Program-made: the position numbers and the translations under genes
Assembly (NCBI GenBank): GCA_964373855.1
Contig: CAYJWL010000004.1
Coordinates: 1-45,390, forward strand
DNA length: 45,390 bases
Direction: 5' to 3'
Source of the DNA: an uncultured Candidatus Saccharibacteria bacterium
GTDB lineage: Bacteria; Patescibacteriota; Andersenbacteria; UBA10190
Part shown: positions 33,235 through 42,582 of the stretch, one piece after another
Numbering within the stretch: position 1 is the stretch's first letter
Layout of the letters: each line of letters starts with the position of its first letter
The notes under the pieces: model-generated
Told to the model about the DNA's origin: nothing
Seen by the model: only the letters and a program-made list of their open reading frames with translations
Databases searched by the model: none

Positions 33235-36072
33235 TTATTGACAAGACTCGCAGATATTAAGATTGGGGTCCCCCGCGGTGGCTGATACCGGTTGGCTGCC
33301 AAGAGACACGGGCAGTGGCTGGGGTTGGCTTTTTCTTTGGATGCTCACGACCGGCTGCGCCTCGATTTCTTGGCCGGTGGGGCTGGATTGCTGACTGATA
33401 CTAATGGTGCTCTTCTCCACACCCGTGGCTGCCAGGGTGCGCAGGTAATACGTTGTTTTGAGGCCGGCCCGCCAAGCCTCAAAATACATATTGGAAATAT
33501 CTCTGCCCGACTCGGTGTGCAGGAAGAGGTTTAGTGATTGGCTCTGATCAATCCATTTGCTGCGGCGGGCTGCATGTTGAATAAGCCAGGTGGGCTCAAT
33601 CTCAAATGTTTCCTTGTACCGGTCCTTAATTTTCTGAGGAATTTCCGGAATATCCTGGATACTGCCATCATGCCGCTTAATTTTTTCCAGCATGTCCTGA
33701 TTCCAAAGATTATGTTCCTTAAGCTCGTTGACGAGTTCGTCGTTAATGACGACAAACTCACCCGTGACATTCGATTTGGTATAAATATTCTTGTAAATTG
33801 GCTCAATTGACGGCAGGCAGCCGGCAATAGTTGAGATAGTCGCTGTCGGCGCTATAGCCATGCAGTTTGAATTCCTCATGCCGTGCTGCTTGATGGACTC
33901 ACGTACCGGTGTCCAATCCATCCGACTGCTGCGGTTGACTTCAATTGTTATTCCCCGCTCGTTTTCCAGAAGATCAATCGTGTCTATCGGCAGCAGATCT
34001 CTGTCCCACTTTGATCGCTGGTACGATTCATATTTGCCTTTTTCCTCAGCCAGTTTCGAAGAGGTTAGAATGGCATGGTAAGAAATAAATTCCATGATTT
34101 CATCGGAGAGTTCAACTGCTTCTGGGCTGTCAAACTGCATGTCTAAAGAGTACAAGGCATCTTGCCAGCCCATAATCCCTAGCCCCACGGGGCGATGCTT
34201 CAAGTTGGACCGCTTGGCTTCTTTGGTCGGGTAAAAATTTACATTGATCACGTTATCCAACATGCGCATAGCGATGGCGGTGGTGTTTTCCAGTTCGTCT
34301 TTATCAATTGCGCCATCCCTAACGTGCCTCATGAGATTGATCGATCCCAGGTTGCAGACGGCTGTTTCGGTCTTAGACGTATTCAGGGTTATTTCCGTGC
34401 ACAGATTTGAACTGTGAACTACTCCGGCGTGGTCTTGGGGCGATCGGATATTGGCCGGATCCTTGAAAGTAATCCACGGATGGCCGGTCTCATACAGCAT
34501 GTTGATCATTCTTCGCCACAGATCAGCCGCTGGCACTTTTTTCATCAGGCGAATTTCTCCTCTGGCTGCCGCCTCTTCATATTCCAGATACTTCTTCTCA
34601 AACTTTTTTCCATACAAGTGATGTAATTCCGGTGTCTCTTCTGGTGAAAACAGCGTCCACGTCTCATCTTTCAGGACCCGTTTCATGAACAGGTCGGGAA
34701 TCCAATTAGCAGTATTCGTGTCGTGCGTCCGGCGGCGCTCATCGCCAGTGTTCTTGCGCAGCTCCAGAAAATCTTCAATGTCGTAATGCCAGGTTTCCAA
34801 GTAGACACACGTAGCGCCCCGCCGCTTGCCGCTGCGGTTAATGGCGGCGGTGGTGGCGTCGGATATTTTTAGGAAGGGAATAACTCCCTGGCTGCCCACA
34901 TTAGTGCTTTTGATCAGGGCGCCGGTGGCGCGAATATTGCTCCAGTCATTCCCCAGCCCGCCGGACCATTTAGATAATTGGGCGTTGTCGCCAATCGACT
35001 TAAAAATGTGATCGAGGTCATCCTCCACGGTAGTAAGATAGCAAGAACTCATCTGCGGGTGAGCAGTCCCGGAATGGAACAGGGTCGGTGTTGAGGGTAC
35101 ATACCGCAAGCTTGAGATACCATTGTAGAATTCAATGGTTTTTTCCAGCCGGATGCTTTTTTTCTCCTCCAGCGCCAAGCCCATGGCCACGCGCATCCAG
35201 AAGTATTGCGGCACTTCAAGAATCCTCTGATCTGAATCGCGAATGAAGTAACGTTCATACAAGGTCTGTATTCCCAGATAATTGAAGAGCTGGTCGCGGC
35301 TGGGGTCAATCGCCCTGCTTAATTTTTTCAGGTCATGATTTAGCATACGCTCGTCAAGCCGTCCGGCCGCGACGCCAAGCTTTATGCTCTCGGCCAGGCC
35401 GAGCCTATATGTTTCTTCGAAATGTGCGTCGAACTGGTCAACGCGAATCACGTCCCGATAAAGGTCATTGCGCAACACTCGCGCCGCTAAATAAGAGTAA
35501 AGTGGATCTTGCTCAATTCGGGCCCGTAGAGACATTATAAGAGCCTGATTGATTTCGGAGGTGGAGATGCCGTCATAGATATTTGAGAGGCTTTCCATGA
35601 CAATCTGATCAATGATGGAGGGTTTTAGATCCTCTCCGCAGAAGCGCTCGATGGCTGCGCGGATTTGGGTGACATCAAAAGGCACGCGGCTGCCGTCGCG
35701 CCGGATGACGTGCAGTTTTTTGGCGCTTATTTTTCGCTTGAGCTCCTGCTGTTCTTTGGCCCGCCTTTCCTCATGCTCTTTGCGGTACAGAATGTACGCC
35801 TTGGCGACGTCAAACAATCCCCGCTCGGCAATTTTCTTTTCTACGACATCTTGAATAGTTTCCACCTCGGGAATTCTGTCAACGAACGTTGCCTCAAGAT
35901 CGTGAACCACTTCATCGGTGATAGTATCAGCGATTTCTGCGTTATCTTGATGACGAGTTGCAGCGTAAGCCTTGTGGATCGCCCGCTGAATTCGATCGCG
36001 ATCAAAATCAACAATAGTCCCGTTCCTTTTTTTGACCTTCTCAATAGCCATCGCGATGATGATTAAAGACAA
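33235..36072 (-). CDS. nrdA: Ribonucleoside-diphosphate reductase subunit alpha (class I) with N-terminal ATP-cone
   Basis: The ATP-cone reads [20 protein letters not shown]. The product also has the active-site motif NLCTEI and a C-terminal CESCQ. The TTG at 36072 has GAGGGG 8 nt upstream; ATG 36051 is an alternative start. Confidence 0.95.
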   Translation of the reverse strand: MSLIIIAMAIEKVKKRNGTIVDFDRDRIQRAIHKAYAATRHQDNAEIADTITDEVVHDLEATFVDRIPEVETIQDVVEKKIAERGLFDVAKAYILYRKEHEERRAKEQQELKRKISAKKLHVIRRDGSRVPFDVTQIRAAIERFCGEDLKPSIIDQIVMESLSNIYDGISTSEINQALIMSLRARIEQDPLYSYLAARVLRNDLYRDVIRVDQFDAHFEETYRLGLAESIKLGVAAGRLDERMLNHDLKKLSRAIDPSRDQLFNYLGIQTLYERYFIRDSDQRILEVPQYFWMRVAMGLALEEKKSIRLEKTIEFYNGISSLRYVPSTPTLFHSGTAHPQMSSCYLTTVEDDLDHIFKSIGDNAQLSKWSGGLGNDWSNIRATGALIKSTNVGSQGVIPFLKISDATTAAINRSGKRRGATCVYLETWHYDIEDFLELRKNTGDERRRTHDTNTANWIPDLFMKRVLKDETWTLFSPEETPELHHLYGKKFEKKYLEYEEAAARGEIRLMKKVPAADLWRRMINMLYETGHPWITFKDPANIRSPQDHAGVVHSSNLCTEITLNTSKTETAVCNLGSINLMRHVRDGAIDKDELENTTAIAMRMLDNVINVNFYPTKEAKRSNLKHRPVGLGIMGWQDALYSLDMQFDSPEAVELSDEIMEFISYHAILTSSKLAEEKGKYESYQRSKWDRDLLPIDTIDLLENERGITIEVNRSSRMDWTPVRESIKQHGMRNSNCMAIAPTATISTIAGCLPSIEPIYKNIYTKSNVTGEFVVINDELVNELKEHNLWNQDMLEKIKRHDGSIQDIPEIPQKIKDRYKETFEIEPTWLIQHAARRSKWIDQSQSLNLFLHTESGRDISNMYFEAWRAGLKTTYYLRTLAATGVEKSTISISQQSSPTGQEIEAQPVVSIQRKSQPQPLPVSLGSQPVSATAGDPNLNICESCQ

Positions 36073-36134
36073 AAAATAATCCCCTCTTCATAATAAGGCA
36101 AACATGTTGGGCGCTAGACTTGAGGCAGTCAGAA

Positions 36135-36149
36135 ACACTCAACGAGTGT
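36135..36149 (-). promoter_or_regulatory. Palindrome ACACTC-N3-GAGTGT in the nrdA upstream region (NrdR-box-like operator candidate)
   Basis: The inverted repeat has ACAC...GTGT ends and sits downstream of candidate -10 boxes (TATAAG/TAAGTT on the minus strand). I found only one box, not the usual tandem pair. Confidence 0.3.
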
Positions 36150-36249
36150 ATACTCAAGCAGGTGCCACACAACTTACCAAAGAAGGAAACTTAGCCGTAC
36201 TGCTTATAGTAGCAACTTGCACGAAATTAGTCTTGGTTGGGGAGGCCAT

Positions 36250-36258
36250 TTATCCACA
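36250..36258. promoter_or_regulatory. Perfect consensus DnaA box TTATCCACA upstream of nrdAB
   Basis: This is an exact 9-mer, located between the upstream terminator and the nrdA promoter region. My rough chance expectation for one exact box in this window is about 0.35. Confidence 0.35.
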
Positions 36259-36270
36259 ATTACATCAAAC

Positions 36271-36300
36271 ACCCACCCCGTGATTCGGGGTGGGTTTTTC
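36271..36300 (-). terminator. Intrinsic terminator hairpin downstream of the 36321-36950 gene (possibly bidirectional)
   Basis: ACCCACCCCG-tgatt-CGGGGTGGGT is a 10-bp GC-rich stem. It is followed by TTTTT on the + strand and TGTTTGATG on the - strand. Confidence 0.65.
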
Positions 36301-36320
36301 GATCAGGTCTTCCGTACATT

Positions 36321-36950
36321 TCACGCGCTCAATACATACGTATACTGGGATAGATTTCGTAGTTGCTGGTCGGTGAGCTGTCCGGCCGCCGCCACCGCTT
36401 CTCGAATAAGATCATATGATATGGTCGCTTCTTCTCCGAGGGCCAGCATCTGGCTCCCCACCTTGTCTTTGATGTAATCCTCAATATATATTCGATGCTC
36501 ATTTGTCATGGCAAAGTCAACCGTATTTTCACCGAGGAATCGGGTCGTCGCCCGCCGCGCCAAATGGGTAACGCCATCTCCCCTTTGGGCTACTTCCACA
36601 TACCCAGTGTCTGTTTTCCTGGCTTCGGGAAGTGTTTGGGCCTGTTCGGAGATTGTCACTTGCTCTATCGGCGCTGGAGTCGCGCCCTTTGGCGCCGGCG
36701 TAGCTTCTCCCGCAGGTTCTTGGCCAGGAGGAGTTGGCTCAATCCCTAGTCCTTCCTCGGTGGCAGCTCCTTCATCAGTTGTGGTTACGGCCGGTTGCTG
36801 CTCGTTTCCCGAGAAAGCATAGATTGCCGCAGCCACGATCAGAATAATAATCAGGGCTGAAACAGTACGGGGAGATTCTTTTATGCGTTGCACAAATCCC
36901 CCATCTTCCTCATTTTTATTGTCGTCTTGTTCGTACTCCATTGGATCCAA
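36321..36950 (-). CDS. Membrane-anchored protein with acidic N-terminus and Pro/Thr/Glu-rich linker, function unknown
   Basis: The product has a single TM helix (ALIIILIVAAAIYAF), a low-complexity linker and a conserved-looking C-terminal domain. The start may be TTG 36950 or ATG 36941. Confidence 0.55.
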   Translation of the reverse strand: MDPMEYEQDDNKNEEDGGFVQRIKESPRTVSALIIILIVAAAIYAFSGNEQQPAVTTTDEGAATEEGLGIEPTPPGQEPAGEATPAPKGATPAPIEQVTISEQAQTLPEARKTDTGYVEVAQRGDGVTHLARRATTRFLGENTVDFAMTNEHRIYIEDYIKDKVGSQMLALGEEATISYDLIREAVAAAGQLTDQQLRNLSQYTYVLSA

Positions 36951-37133
36951 GTCACCCCCTTGCGGTCATTCATATAAGTTATCGCCCCTCCAGCTTCATC
37001 TGGTGATCCCGCGTCCTTTTAGGCGCACACAGGCATCATCTCAACGTAAACCAGGCTGTTATGAAGAGCAAACATGGTTTTCCACTCATCGTCTCATAGC
37101 TACGCTCAGACCAGTTTTTGTCGATGATGTTGC

Positions 37134-37916
37134 TTAGGTGTCTGCCTTTTTCTGCCGATGGACGAGACGCGGAAATGCCACCACCGCCCGCCAGATACGC
37201 GGGAAGCGCGCTGGCTCTAATAAGAGCCGCCACAGCCACTCCAGGTTGAGGCGGCGCAGCCAACGTGGAGCCCGCACAGTGGCTTCGCTTAGGATTGCAA
37301 ATGCGCCGCCGACACCAGTCGCGATCCGCACTGAAGGCAATTGATTGCGATTTTTTTCAATCCAGAGCGTTTGCCCCGGAGCGCCATAGGCTACAAAAAG
37401 AATGTGAGGCTGCTTGGCGCGGATGTCCTCAAGTATTGCCGGGGGGCCGGTGACATCAAATGAATGGTCTTTTGAAGTCTGTATGATAAGATCGGGAAAT
37501 TGGCGTTTGAGAAACTCGGCGGCGCCTGAAACCTGCGCGGCGGTACCGCCCAGAAGATAGACTGGCAGACCGCGGTGGGCGGCGATCCGGCAGAGATTAA
37601 CGACAATATCAACGCCGGGTATTCTCTCGGCGTGGCGGAATGAAAATGCAATTAAGCTTGGCAACAATGACCAGAATTGCGATCGGATATACCAGTGAGC
37701 CCAGATCAGCCCTGAGCCATCTGGCACACGGATATCAGCGTGTTGCACTGCCCGGGAAAAGCCCTCGTGAGTTTCCGCGAGCATCACCATTTCCGGATTG
37801 AGCGTAACAACATGGTGGAAATGCTTGCTGCCCAGCCATCGTTGGCAAAGCTCAAGAAAATCGTCCTCGCGCATAAGGTCGCTGCTGACCTTCCCCAGTT
37901 TTAAGGTTTCAGTCAA
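37134..37916 (-). CDS. WecG/TagA/CpsF family glycosyltransferase (GT26)
   Basis: The product has HVVTLNPEMVMLA, ADIRVPDGSGLIWA, PVYLLGG and RAPRWLRRLNLEWLWRLLLEP, a typical GT26 tail. Confidence 0.85.
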   Translation of the reverse strand: MTETLKLGKVSSDLMREDDFLELCQRWLGSKHFHHVVTLNPEMVMLAETHEGFSRAVQHADIRVPDGSGLIWAHWYIRSQFWSLLPSLIAFSFRHAERIPGVDIVVNLCRIAAHRGLPVYLLGGTAAQVSGAAEFLKRQFPDLIIQTSKDHSFDVTGPPAILEDIRAKQPHILFVAYGAPGQTLWIEKNRNQLPSVRIATGVGGAFAILSEATVRAPRWLRRLNLEWLWRLLLEPARFPRIWRAVVAFPRLVHRQKKADT

Positions 37917-37926
37917 GAGACGTTGT

Positions 37927-38514
37927 TTACGATGTTAAGGCAATTGTGCCTACAGTCTCATAGCGCGAAGCGGCCGCGCCTCTGGCGGCCGACACCTGCT
38001 CTCTTGGCCAGCTGCGATACACATGAGCCTGGGTGGCCGTAAAAAGACGGGACGAGAGAACATCAGGCAAACGAGGGCCATCTGATTCCTCTCTTTTAAG
38101 GGTGGCCACTCGGACATGCGGCACAAAGTGAGATTTTTGATATTGCTTCCAACCGCTATGGCCGGCAGTCAGCAGTCGGTTCTCGATGTCTTGCTTGAGG
38201 GCGTCAAGCGCGGCTGTGCGGTGAACGTAAGCCCACAGCTGGTGGTGTTGCCGGCCATAGCCCAGGTGGGTAAAGGAGACAGTGGGTACAAAGGTTCGCG
38301 GCAATGGCTTAATCAGGGCTGTTATATACGGCTCGTACTCATCAACTTCTCCCAAAAACACTAACGTCACATGCCAGTCAACTTCGTCTGTATATCGCTC
38401 AATATGGTCACGAAAGCTTTTCATTGATTGCCTGATGGTGTGTTTTGCCGCGTCCGGGATAGGCAGACCAATAAAGAGCCGCGCGCTGGTGTCTGTAACA
38501 CGCTGCTTTGGCAT
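37927..38514 (-). CDS. 2H phosphoesterase superfamily protein (LigT/ThpR-like 2'-5' RNA ligase)
   Basis: The product has RLFIGLPIP and a first HxT motif in HVTLVFLGE. The second motif reads PHVRVATL, so Thr/Ser is missing. I moved the start from TTG 38523 to ATG 38514, which has TATAGT 8 nt upstream. Confidence 0.6.
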   Translation of the reverse strand: MPKQRVTDTSARLFIGLPIPDAAKHTIRQSMKSFRDHIERYTDEVDWHVTLVFLGEVDEYEPYITALIKPLPRTFVPTVSFTHLGYGRQHHQLWAYVHRTAALDALKQDIENRLLTAGHSGWKQYQKSHFVPHVRVATLKREESDGPRLPDVLSSRLFTATQAHVYRSWPREQVSAARGAAASRYETVGTIALTS

Positions 38515-38619
38515 ACGCCTCAACTATAGCAAATGACGTTGATTTAGCCATGCTCTGTTGGCATCTTTAGATGCGCTGTGTTGATTGGTGATTTAAAGTA
38601 CTCAACGTATGCTGCAGGT

Positions 38620-39141
38620 ATGGAAGGAAGCAATGTCACCAAGCTGGCCAAGCTGGCTGCGCAGGAATACGTCCGCCACAACCGCCTGCCGGAAATAAAC
38701 TGGGCGCTGCCGCCGGATTTAGCGGCCCAACGCGCCTGTTATGTTACTATTCTTGAAAACCCGGGACGGCGGTTTCGGGTGATGTGGGGATATCCCTTTC
38801 CGCAGCAGTCCTGCCTGGCGCAGGAAATAATGGTGAATGCGGTTGAGGCTATCCGCCGGCAGATTACAAGTAATGTGCGCAAAGCTGATCTACCCTATCT
38901 GGTGTATTCGGTTGCCGTGCTCGGGCCGATGGAGCGGGTAACGAGCTCCGCCCATCTTAATCCCGGCGTTTTTGGCCTTTACCTTTCTTCGGACCGGCGT
39001 AAATCAGCTATTTTGCTGCCGCAGCGCACAGGTATCGAGACGCCCGATGAGCAAATAGCCACAGCATTAAGGGAATCCGGCGTTGATACCAGCCAGGAAG
39101 CAGTTACCATGTACCGGTTTCAGGTGCGACATTATGATTGA
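38620..39141 (+). CDS. AMMECR1-like protein (divergent)
   Basis: The product shows the pattern ACYVTILEN...VSVL-like...SAILLPQRTG, but the usual LRGCIG motif is absent. The start is set to ATG 38620, with TATGCT 6 nt upstream; GTG 38578 is an alternative. Confidence 0.55.
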   Translation: MEGSNVTKLAKLAAQEYVRHNRLPEINWALPPDLAAQRACYVTILENPGRRFRVMWGYPFPQQSCLAQEIMVNAVEAIRRQITSNVRKADLPYLVYSVAVLGPMERVTSSAHLNPGVFGLYLSSDRRKSAILLPQRTGIETPDEQIATALRESGVDTSQEAVTMYRFQVRHYD

Positions 39142-39293
39142 GCCCCTGCCATTGTCGCGGATCCTGTCCGCGTCTTCACCCCCACGATGTGCTCATTCCA
39201 TTGCGCGCCTCGTGCGGGATCCTGCCGCGCCACCCGCGCCATAGGCGTAAATAGATAATCAAACCGGACTGTTGTTAAGCAATTTGTTAAACA

Positions 39294-39437
39294 GGCACCA
39301 AGTTTTTTTTGCGGGCCCCTCGCAGCCTTGTCGAGCTTGGCCCCTAAAGTTTATTGAAGGGTCGACAAGGCGAGAAGGAGGCGGCATGCTCCGCTGGAGA
39401 GCATGAACGTCGACCCGAGAAAAAGATACTTGGTGCC
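39294..39437 (+). other. Structured element upstream of priA (long closing helix and two hairpins)
   Basis: GGCACCAAGU (39294-39303) pairs with ACUUGGUGCC (39428-39437) and is extended by U-run/A-run pairing. CCUUGUCGA (39326-39334) pairs with UCGACAAGG (39362-39370). There is also a hairpin CAUGCUC..GAGCAUG. The individual helices are short enough to arise by chance. Confidence 0.25.
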
Positions 39438-39452
39438 GAAACGTAAAAAATT

Positions 39453-41369
39453 ATGAAGAAAGGTAAAACATACGTCGATGTTGCGCCCGCCATTCCCTTG
39501 CCCACCGGCAAGGTGCAGGCGTTTACCTATCAGCTTGATGACGCCAAGCGGGCTGATCGCTTTTCCCTGGTCACGGTACCGGTGGGGCGCCGGAAAATCC
39601 CCGGGGTTATTTTAGAAATTCACCAGCGATCGCCGCTGTACCCCACCAAGCCGGTGGCGCGGCTCTTTGCTGCGCGCTTAACTCGCGAGCAAGTGCTGAT
39701 GGCGCGCTGGATCGCTCGCACCATGCAGGGCGGGCTGGGATACACGTTGCGTTTATTTACACCGCCGGCGGGCCTTCGCCTCGCCGCCGCAGGCTCTGGC
39801 TCCGCGGAGGCTAGCTGGAGCAGACAGGATGCTCTTACTAGTCGCCCTGATCCGTTGGAACGTTCAGCAGAAGTTCTCAAGAAAGAAAAAAACAGTCGGA
39901 AATGTGCTCTCATTGATATGGCAGAGAATCGGTACAGATATCTTGAGCGTGCGGTGACACAACACCTGCAACAGAAACACCAGGTGTGTATTTGTGTGCC
40001 GGAAGTCTGGATGATTGAGCGCTTGCTCCGCGTGATTCCCGGCTCTGTCGCTTATCATGCCGGGATGCTTGGCTCGGAGGCTGGTACCATATGGCGGCAG
40101 ATATATGCCGGCGAGCCGCTCGCTGTGATTGGCACACAAAAAGGTCTCTTCCTGCCCTGGAGAAATTTGGGCTTGGTTGTTCTGGAGGAAGAGCAATTCT
40201 CAAGTCACAAGCTCTGGGATCAATATCCGCGCTTACATAATGTGTATGGTGCTAACCTCTTAGCGCGTATTCACGGTGCAGACATGCTTTTTGCCTCATC
40301 TTTCCCATCATTGCGTTTGTGGCGGGATGTACACGAGAAGCAAGTTACGACTCTCGCTTATAACCCAGTGAGGCGCCGGACAGCCATCACGCCGCTTTCC
40401 TTTGAGGACAGGCGCAATAACTATCTGTTGCCTATGGAGTTTACGGGCAAGCTGAAAAAGTGGCTGGCCGCCGGTGAAAAAATCTTGATGGTATATAACC
40501 AGCGCGGCTCATGGCGATCGGCCCGCTGCCGGTCGTGCGAAAAAACTGTGTTGTGTCCCGATTGCAAAATTTCTCTGACAGTCCACGGCATCGGCAAAAA
40601 AAAGATGTTGATCTGTCATCAGTGCGGCTGGCAGCAGCCGGTGCCGAAGAAGTGCCCGTTGTGCCATAAAGGATCACTGCGATTTACTGGCATCGGCACG
40701 CAAATCATTGAGCGGCTGGTGAATGAATTATCTTTTTTCAGGGGCGCTCTCGTGCGCATTGATACTGATGTATTGGCCCAGACATCGGCGTTTGCGCTCA
40801 GAAGAAACATTGAGCAGTCGGCCATACTCTTAGGCACCAGTTCCGTATTTTCTCTAGTAAAGGACAGACAGTTCGATCGTGTGGTCTGGTTGTTTCCGGA
40901 ACGAGGCTTACAATATCCCGACTTTCGCAGCACCGAACGCAGCCGGACACTGCTGGCCCGCCTGCAGCAGTTGCTTCCTCCTCGCCGCGTACTGGTAATC
41001 GTGACGCGGCGGCAGGATCTGGTCGAGAATCATCTTACATCCGACCTGGAATCTTTTTACGAGAGATTGCTCAAAGAGCGCCGGCGGCTGTATTACCCCC
41101 CTCTTAATGACCTGATCCGGCTAACCATCACTTCCAGCACAGTTGAGAGGGCACTAAAACGCGCGGAGGTTCTCCGGGAAAACCTTGAACGGCGCAACGG
41201 CCATAGTCCGTCGGTGCTGATTCGCGGTCCGTATCAAAGCTTTTTACCGTTTCGGCAAGGTAAGGCGGAAGTTCATGTGACTTTACTGGGGCCGGCAGCA
41301 GCGCTGACCCGACTCTATGATGGTCTGCCCGTTGATATTGTCGACCTCGAGCCGATGCGAGTGCTATAG
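39453..41369 (+). CDS. priA: Primosomal protein N' (PriA) with degenerate helicase motifs
   Basis: The product has a PriA N-terminal 3'-DNA-binding region and the Cys-rich zinc region CRSCEKTVLCPDC...CHQCGW...CPLC. Walker A, Walker B and motif VI positions read DMAENRYR, LEEEQ and LARLQQL instead of GVTGSGKT, DEEH and AGRAGR. Confidence 0.85.
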   Translation: MKKGKTYVDVAPAIPLPTGKVQAFTYQLDDAKRADRFSLVTVPVGRRKIPGVILEIHQRSPLYPTKPVARLFAARLTREQVLMARWIARTMQGGLGYTLRLFTPPAGLRLAAAGSGSAEASWSRQDALTSRPDPLERSAEVLKKEKNSRKCALIDMAENRYRYLERAVTQHLQQKHQVCICVPEVWMIERLLRVIPGSVAYHAGMLGSEAGTIWRQIYAGEPLAVIGTQKGLFLPWRNLGLVVLEEEQFSSHKLWDQYPRLHNVYGANLLARIHGADMLFASSFPSLRLWRDVHEKQVTTLAYNPVRRRTAITPLSFEDRRNNYLLPMEFTGKLKKWLAAGEKILMVYNQRGSWRSARCRSCEKTVLCPDCKISLTVHGIGKKKMLICHQCGWQQPVPKKCPLCHKGSLRFTGIGTQIIERLVNELSFFRGALVRIDTDVLAQTSAFALRRNIEQSAILLGTSSVFSLVKDRQFDRVVWLFPERGLQYPDFRSTERSRTLLARLQQLLPPRRVLVIVTRRQDLVENHLTSDLESFYERLLKERRRLYYPPLNDLIRLTITSSTVERALKRAEVLRENLERRNGHSPSVLIRGPYQSFLPFRQGKAEVHVTLLGPAAALTRLYDGLPVDIVDLEPMRVL

Positions 41370-41386
41370 GATGTGCGACTTTTGAT

Positions 41387-42550
41387 TTAGGGAAAAATAA
41401 CGGCGGGATTTATCCACCCACCCAGCTCACTTTCATTCGGCACATAGCCGCGCAGATCGACTGATGTGCCTCGGAGAAGGGCGAAGTGCAGGTGCTTGCG
41501 CTCTCCGTCTGTTTCGGCGGTGCCGCCATCGCCGAGGATTCCAACCGGATCACCTGCTGTGAGCACCTGGCCAACCGACGGCAGGCTTCTGGGATCGAGA
41601 TGCCCGTAAATTGCCACAACCTCCTGGCCATTAATTTCGTGTTGAACCGCTACCACTCCCCCGTACCCCGAAGCCGTACGGGCTTGCACAACGTTGCCGT
41701 TGGTTACCGCTTTTACGACCACGTCTCCCGCCGCATCTTCATATTCGATATCTACTCCCGTGTGCCAGCCGGAAAAACGTTCTGGCTGGACGGGAGATGT
41801 AGCTGGAGTAATCTGGATGCCGAACGGTTTTTTGGTGAGGCGCTGGCGGAATTCCGCAACCGGTTCGGTTAAGCCGGTGTTGGCGGGCGCGTTTTCCTGG
41901 GCGGTAACTGCCAGGTTCTCCAAAAACCGCTGGTAGATGCGGGCGTCCAAATCCGGCCGCTTGGCTATGACATAAAACACAGAAGGATTTGTGTCAGCTA
42001 CCCTGATATCTGTCACCATATGCTGCTCGTTTCTCCAGCTTGGCTGGTTAGGAAAATCCGGTACCTCCGGTTTTTTGGCAATAACGTAGCGGACAGCCGG
42101 CCGTTTCTTAATCGTCAGGCTTTCCCGACTGCGAATCGTGACGGTTGCTAGCGTGAGAAAATCATTGCCGCTGAAATGCCGCATAAAAATCTGCGATTTT
42201 TCCAGATTGTTCTCTCCTTCTCCCTCCGGATCAAAAAAATTAACAGCCTCACTGGCCGGTATTACTTCCGCCTGCCAGCTGGCTGGCATGACCGCTAAAA
42301 ATGTGAAGGCGGGCGCCGCGCCCGGAAGGTCCGATGCTGGCACGGTTTTTTCATCCCGCATTTTTGCTTCACCGCTTACGGTCACGCCAACCATTACATC
42401 GTGCTGGTTATCGCGGTCGGTGTTGGGGTCCGTGTCCGACAGCTCATTGAGCGCTGGAGCCTCGCTTGGGAAAAATCTGGATACCACCAACAACCCGCCC
42501 GCGACAATGAGGAATATGGCTACGGCAACTGACAGGGATATCTTTGACAT
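41387..42550 (-). CDS. Membrane-anchored M23 metallopeptidase
   Basis: An N-terminal TM helix is followed by C-terminal WHTGVDIEY, VVAIYGHL and RKHLHFAL. Confidence 0.85.
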   Translation of the reverse strand: MSKISLSVAVAIFLIVAGGLLVVSRFFPSEAPALNELSDTDPNTDRDNQHDVMVGVTVSGEAKMRDEKTVPASDLPGAAPAFTFLAVMPASWQAEVIPASEAVNFFDPEGEGENNLEKSQIFMRHFSGNDFLTLATVTIRSRESLTIKKRPAVRYVIAKKPEVPDFPNQPSWRNEQHMVTDIRVADTNPSVFYVIAKRPDLDARIYQRFLENLAVTAQENAPANTGLTEPVAEFRQRLTKKPFGIQITPATSPVQPERFSGWHTGVDIEYEDAAGDVVVKAVTNGNVVQARTASGYGGVVAVQHEINGQEVVAIYGHLDPRSLPSVGQVLTAGDPVGILGDGGTAETDGERKHLHFALLRGTSVDLRGYVPNESELGGWINPAVIFP

Positions 42551-42571
42551 GGTTTCAGGTGTCAGTATAGT
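42544..42571 (+). promoter_or_regulatory. Promoter TTGACA-N16-TATAGT for the C39-like peptidase gene; its -10 overlaps a minus-strand TATACT
   Basis: The -35 at 42544-42549 overlaps the M23 start codon. The -10 is at 42566-42571, with ATG 42583 lying 11 nt downstream. The minus-strand TATACT (42570..42565) lies 14 nt upstream of ATG 42550. Confidence 0.55.
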
Positions 42572-42582
42572 AGGATACCACT

